Source: a virus (Duplodnaviria > Heunggongvirae > Uroviricota > Caudoviricetes). Taken from it: DNA of 19,280 nt. Below the pieces are notes generated by a model. It ran no database searches. It saw only the letters and a program-made list of their open reading frames with translations, and was not told where the DNA came from. Shown one piece after another: positions 17,183 through 19,280 of this stretch; the first letter of the stretch is position 1, and every line of letters begins with the position of its first letter. Location of the stretch: positions 1 through 19,280 of the IMG/VR virus record IMGVR_UViG_2711768037_000017. One strand, 5' to 3'. The position numbers and the translations under genes are program-made.

Positions 17183-18598
17183 TCAACCTACACCACAAGG
17201 AATTGAGTAACTGGAATAGTCGGGTTGCGCAGCCGACTCCGGGCAATGCATACACATCATCAGCGCATCAGCCAGGTTAGGAGATGGAATACCGAGCTTC
17301 TGCTTCATTTCTACCTTAGTCATAAGCTCCAGCTTCCCGTTGTTATTGAATTTGCGCTGAATCTGCGTCAGTTCTGCAAACAGCTTCTCCAGCATCTTCT
17401 CGCCTATCGCTTCTTTGTCGAAACTCAGCATGTCGTCGGGGTCTGCATACTCACCGTGAACAACCGCCCGATATGTCAGATACAGCCTGTCAGCCAGCGC
17501 GTAATAGAATTGCGCTCGCTTATTGCGAAATACATCGCCAATAGTGCGAACGTTGTCGCCCTGTACTACTTCATCAGCCCATGCTCCGGCCTGATACGGC
17601 GCATCTTCATCGAATGGCGATTCGCTGCCCTTGAACATCGTGGCGGTGATTTTCTTGCCGGAGAACGCTTCCGTTGTCTGTCTGCGTAGCCCGGCACCAA
17701 CACCATCACCATCCCACAGGTAATGGTCAGCGCCGTCTTCAATCGCCAGCGAAGTAGCCCAGTCAGCACCTTCATTGATGTCCATCAGCAGGCCTTCGGC
17801 AATGCGCTTAACTACCGAACCGTGGCGCGATGCATAACCTTTAGCATCTGGCCCTGTATCTGATGGGTCATGCGCAGAGACAACAGCGCCTTTCGCTTTC
17901 CATCCGAGTTTCTTGTGCGCATCGGTTGCAGCTTCAAGCCATTCACGTTTGATGATTGCCATATCACTTGCGCTTACTGGCTCACCAAGCCAGATGTGAC
18001 GATACAGTGTCGGGTTTCTGCGTTTACACTCTTCCATCTCCAGACGGAGAACTTCAGGAAAGTGCGGGTTGTCGGTGTAGTTCACCGTCAGCAGACAAAT
18101 ATCATCGGGAGGGTTTACTACGAATCGCTGATAGGTATCGTCGAGGATGTTTTTCGGGTTGAAGCTCACCCATATTTCGGAAAATGGCTTGCGGATGGTT
18201 GGTATCAGGATATCCCATGATTCCTTCGTTACCGCTTCCGCTTCCTCCACCCAGCAGATATCAATGCCTTCGAGCGATTTAATCTTCGTCGGGTTGTTTT
18301 TGATGCCGTAGAACATGAACTCAGCATTCGTCCCGAGATGACGAATCATGGAACGCTGAATTTCAAACTCAGCCGTATACCCTTCACGCTCTATGGTGTC
18401 TTCAAGCAGCCGGATTACCGAATCGCTGATACTGTTTTGCAGTTCACGAGCGCAGAGAATACGCACTGGCTGCCGACGCGCCGCTTCAACAAGCAGTCTC
18501 GCAATTGCCCATGATTTACCGCTACCTCGACCGCCTTTGGCGACTTTGTAGCGATGCGCCTCAATGAACGGTTCAAAGATAGGATTAATCGAGGTCAT
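17183..18598 (-). CDS. Terminase large subunit (471 aa)
   Basis: Walker A motif KGGRGSGKS near the N-terminus, a C-terminal nuclease-type region rich in acidic residues, and a position between small terminase and portal. Size equals the Sf6 large terminase (about 470 aa). Confidence 0.93.
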   Translation of the reverse strand: MTSINPIFEPFIEAHRYKVAKGGRGSGKSWAIARLLVEAARRQPVRILCARELQNSISDSVIRLLEDTIEREGYTAEFEIQRSMIRHLGTNAEFMFYGIKNNPTKIKSLEGIDICWVEEAEAVTKESWDILIPTIRKPFSEIWVSFNPKNILDDTYQRFVVNPPDDICLLTVNYTDNPHFPEVLRLEMEECKRRNPTLYRHIWLGEPVSASDMAIIKREWLEAATDAHKKLGWKAKGAVVSAHDPSDTGPDAKGYASRHGSVVKRIAEGLLMDINEGADWATSLAIEDGADHYLWDGDGVGAGLRRQTTEAFSGKKITATMFKGSESPFDEDAPYQAGAWADEVVQGDNVRTIGDVFRNKRAQFYYALADRLYLTYRAVVHGEYADPDDMLSFDKEAIGEKMLEKLFAELTQIQRKFNNNGKLELMTKVEMKQKLGIPSPNLADALMMCMHCPESAAQPDYSSYSIPCGVG

Positions 18599-19035
18599 TT
18601 TCCGAATAGAGTACTCATCGGTGATGTTTCAATCTGGATTGCGCCGCCGTCTTTGCCTGTTAGCTCGTGATCAACCTTGTCGCGCCATTTATCCTTCTGT
18701 CGGTTCTTAAGCCAGAAGATGGCAGCTGTTGTATCAGGCGGGTAATACTTCTCAAGAGGAGTTTCGACAATTCTGTTTTCAATAACACGAATATCGATGT
18801 CTGGAGCCACGAAGCCCATAGCGCGTTGATAAAGACGGTCACTAACTTCTGCATCAGCGACGGCCTTACCCTTTTTTATGGACTCCGAAAACTCAGGATA
18901 ATCAAGCTTCCACTTGTTAATAGTTGACTCACTGACTTCGAAGAAATCAGCAAGCTCTGCATCGGTGTAGCCCAGCAAGCACAGTTTGCGTGCCTGTTCG
19001 GCATACGCCTCTTGATACTTTGTTGGGCGCGCCAT
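18595..19035 (-). CDS. Terminase small subunit with N-terminal HTH DNA-binding domain (146 aa)
   Basis: Immediately upstream of the large terminase with a 4-nt overlap. N-terminal helix-turn-helix-like segment (LGYTDAELADFFEVSESTINKWK). Size typical of Sf6-type small terminase (about 140 aa). Confidence 0.8.
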   Translation of the reverse strand: MARPTKYQEAYAEQARKLCLLGYTDAELADFFEVSESTINKWKLDYPEFSESIKKGKAVADAEVSDRLYQRAMGFVAPDIDIRVIENRIVETPLEKYYPPDTTAAIFWLKNRQKDKWRDKVDHELTGKDGGAIQIETSPMSTLFGK

Positions 19036-19037
19036 GT

Positions 19038-19280
19038 TTATGCTCCGGTGGTGAACAGGTCTAACGCTTCCTTCGATTTACGCACCGCTTCGATAGTGCG
19101 GGTCGTGATATCTGAATTAGCGCCGCCTGACTGGAAGTGAATTTTGAATAGCTCAAGCTTCAGTTCGTCAGTGCCAATGAACTGAAATGCTTCCTCTGCG
19201 GCTGCGTTCTGGTTCATGACCAGCTTGTAAATCTCTAACTGGAATTTCTGTTCTTCAGTCATGGGAATAATCTCTGCCAT
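19038..19280 (-). CDS. Hypothetical protein upstream of small terminase (P22 ORF80 position), 80 aa as far as the window shows
   Basis: ORF begins with ATG exactly at the window edge, so it may continue beyond the window. Positional analogue of the small ORF preceding gene 3 in P22. No motif recognised. Confidence 0.5.
   Translation of the reverse strand: MAEIIPMTEEQKFQLEIYKLVMNQNAAAEEAFQFIGTDELKLELFKIHFQSGGANSDITTRTIEAVRKSKEALDLFTTGA

Noticed and set aside
17225-17689. 154-aa plus-strand ORF inside the large terminase gene
   Set aside because: Antisense to the terminase, with no Shine-Dalgarno and no recognisable features.
18595-19035. Search for a P22-type pac site (GAAGACTTATCTGAGGTCGTTA) inside the small terminase gene
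   Set aside because: No convincing match found by eye on either strand. The terminase is Sf6-like rather than P22-like, so a different pac sequence is expected; no call made.
1-19280. CRISPR arrays, tRNA or rRNA genes, IS elements, toxin-antitoxin or other defence-system signatures
   Set aside because: No direct-repeat/spacer periodicity, no cloverleaf candidates, no transposase-like ORFs and no terminal inverted repeats seen; every large ORF is accounted for by the integrase, conversion gene or virion genes.

Overview
This window is the integrase-proximal arm of a P22-like (Sf6/HK620-type) temperate podovirus, most likely an integrated prophage whose attL and host tRNA lie just upstream of position 1. 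No database search was possible; all calls rest on reading the ORF translations, recalled sequences of P22-family proteins, gene order and motifs. Plus strand: an IntS/P4-family tyrosine integrase (1-1158), then a very AT-rich membrane O-acyltransferase (Acyl_transf_3 family, candidate O-antigen modification gene) split by a single in-frame TAA into two ORFs (1392-1946, 1953-2531), and an Mnt-like ribbon-helix-helix repressor (4884-5144). Minus strand: a complete late morphogenesis operon in exact P22 order, running from an ORF80-like gene at the window edge through small and large terminase, portal, scaffold, coat, gp4, gp10, tail needle gp26, gp14, and ejection proteins gp7, gp20, gp16, to the tailspike (2564-4762). 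The tailspike has the conserved P22-family N-terminal head-binding domain and a C-terminal receptor-binding domain I cannot assign. I found no tRNA, rRNA, CRISPR array, IS element or recognisable defence system. The most interesting points are the nonsense-interrupted acyltransferase, an mnt gene with no arc/ant that sits divergently next to the tailspike, the unassigned tailspike receptor domain, a 25-codon hydrophobic ORF with a strong Shine-Dalgarno site downstream of mnt, and a hairpin plus U-run immediately after the coat gene.
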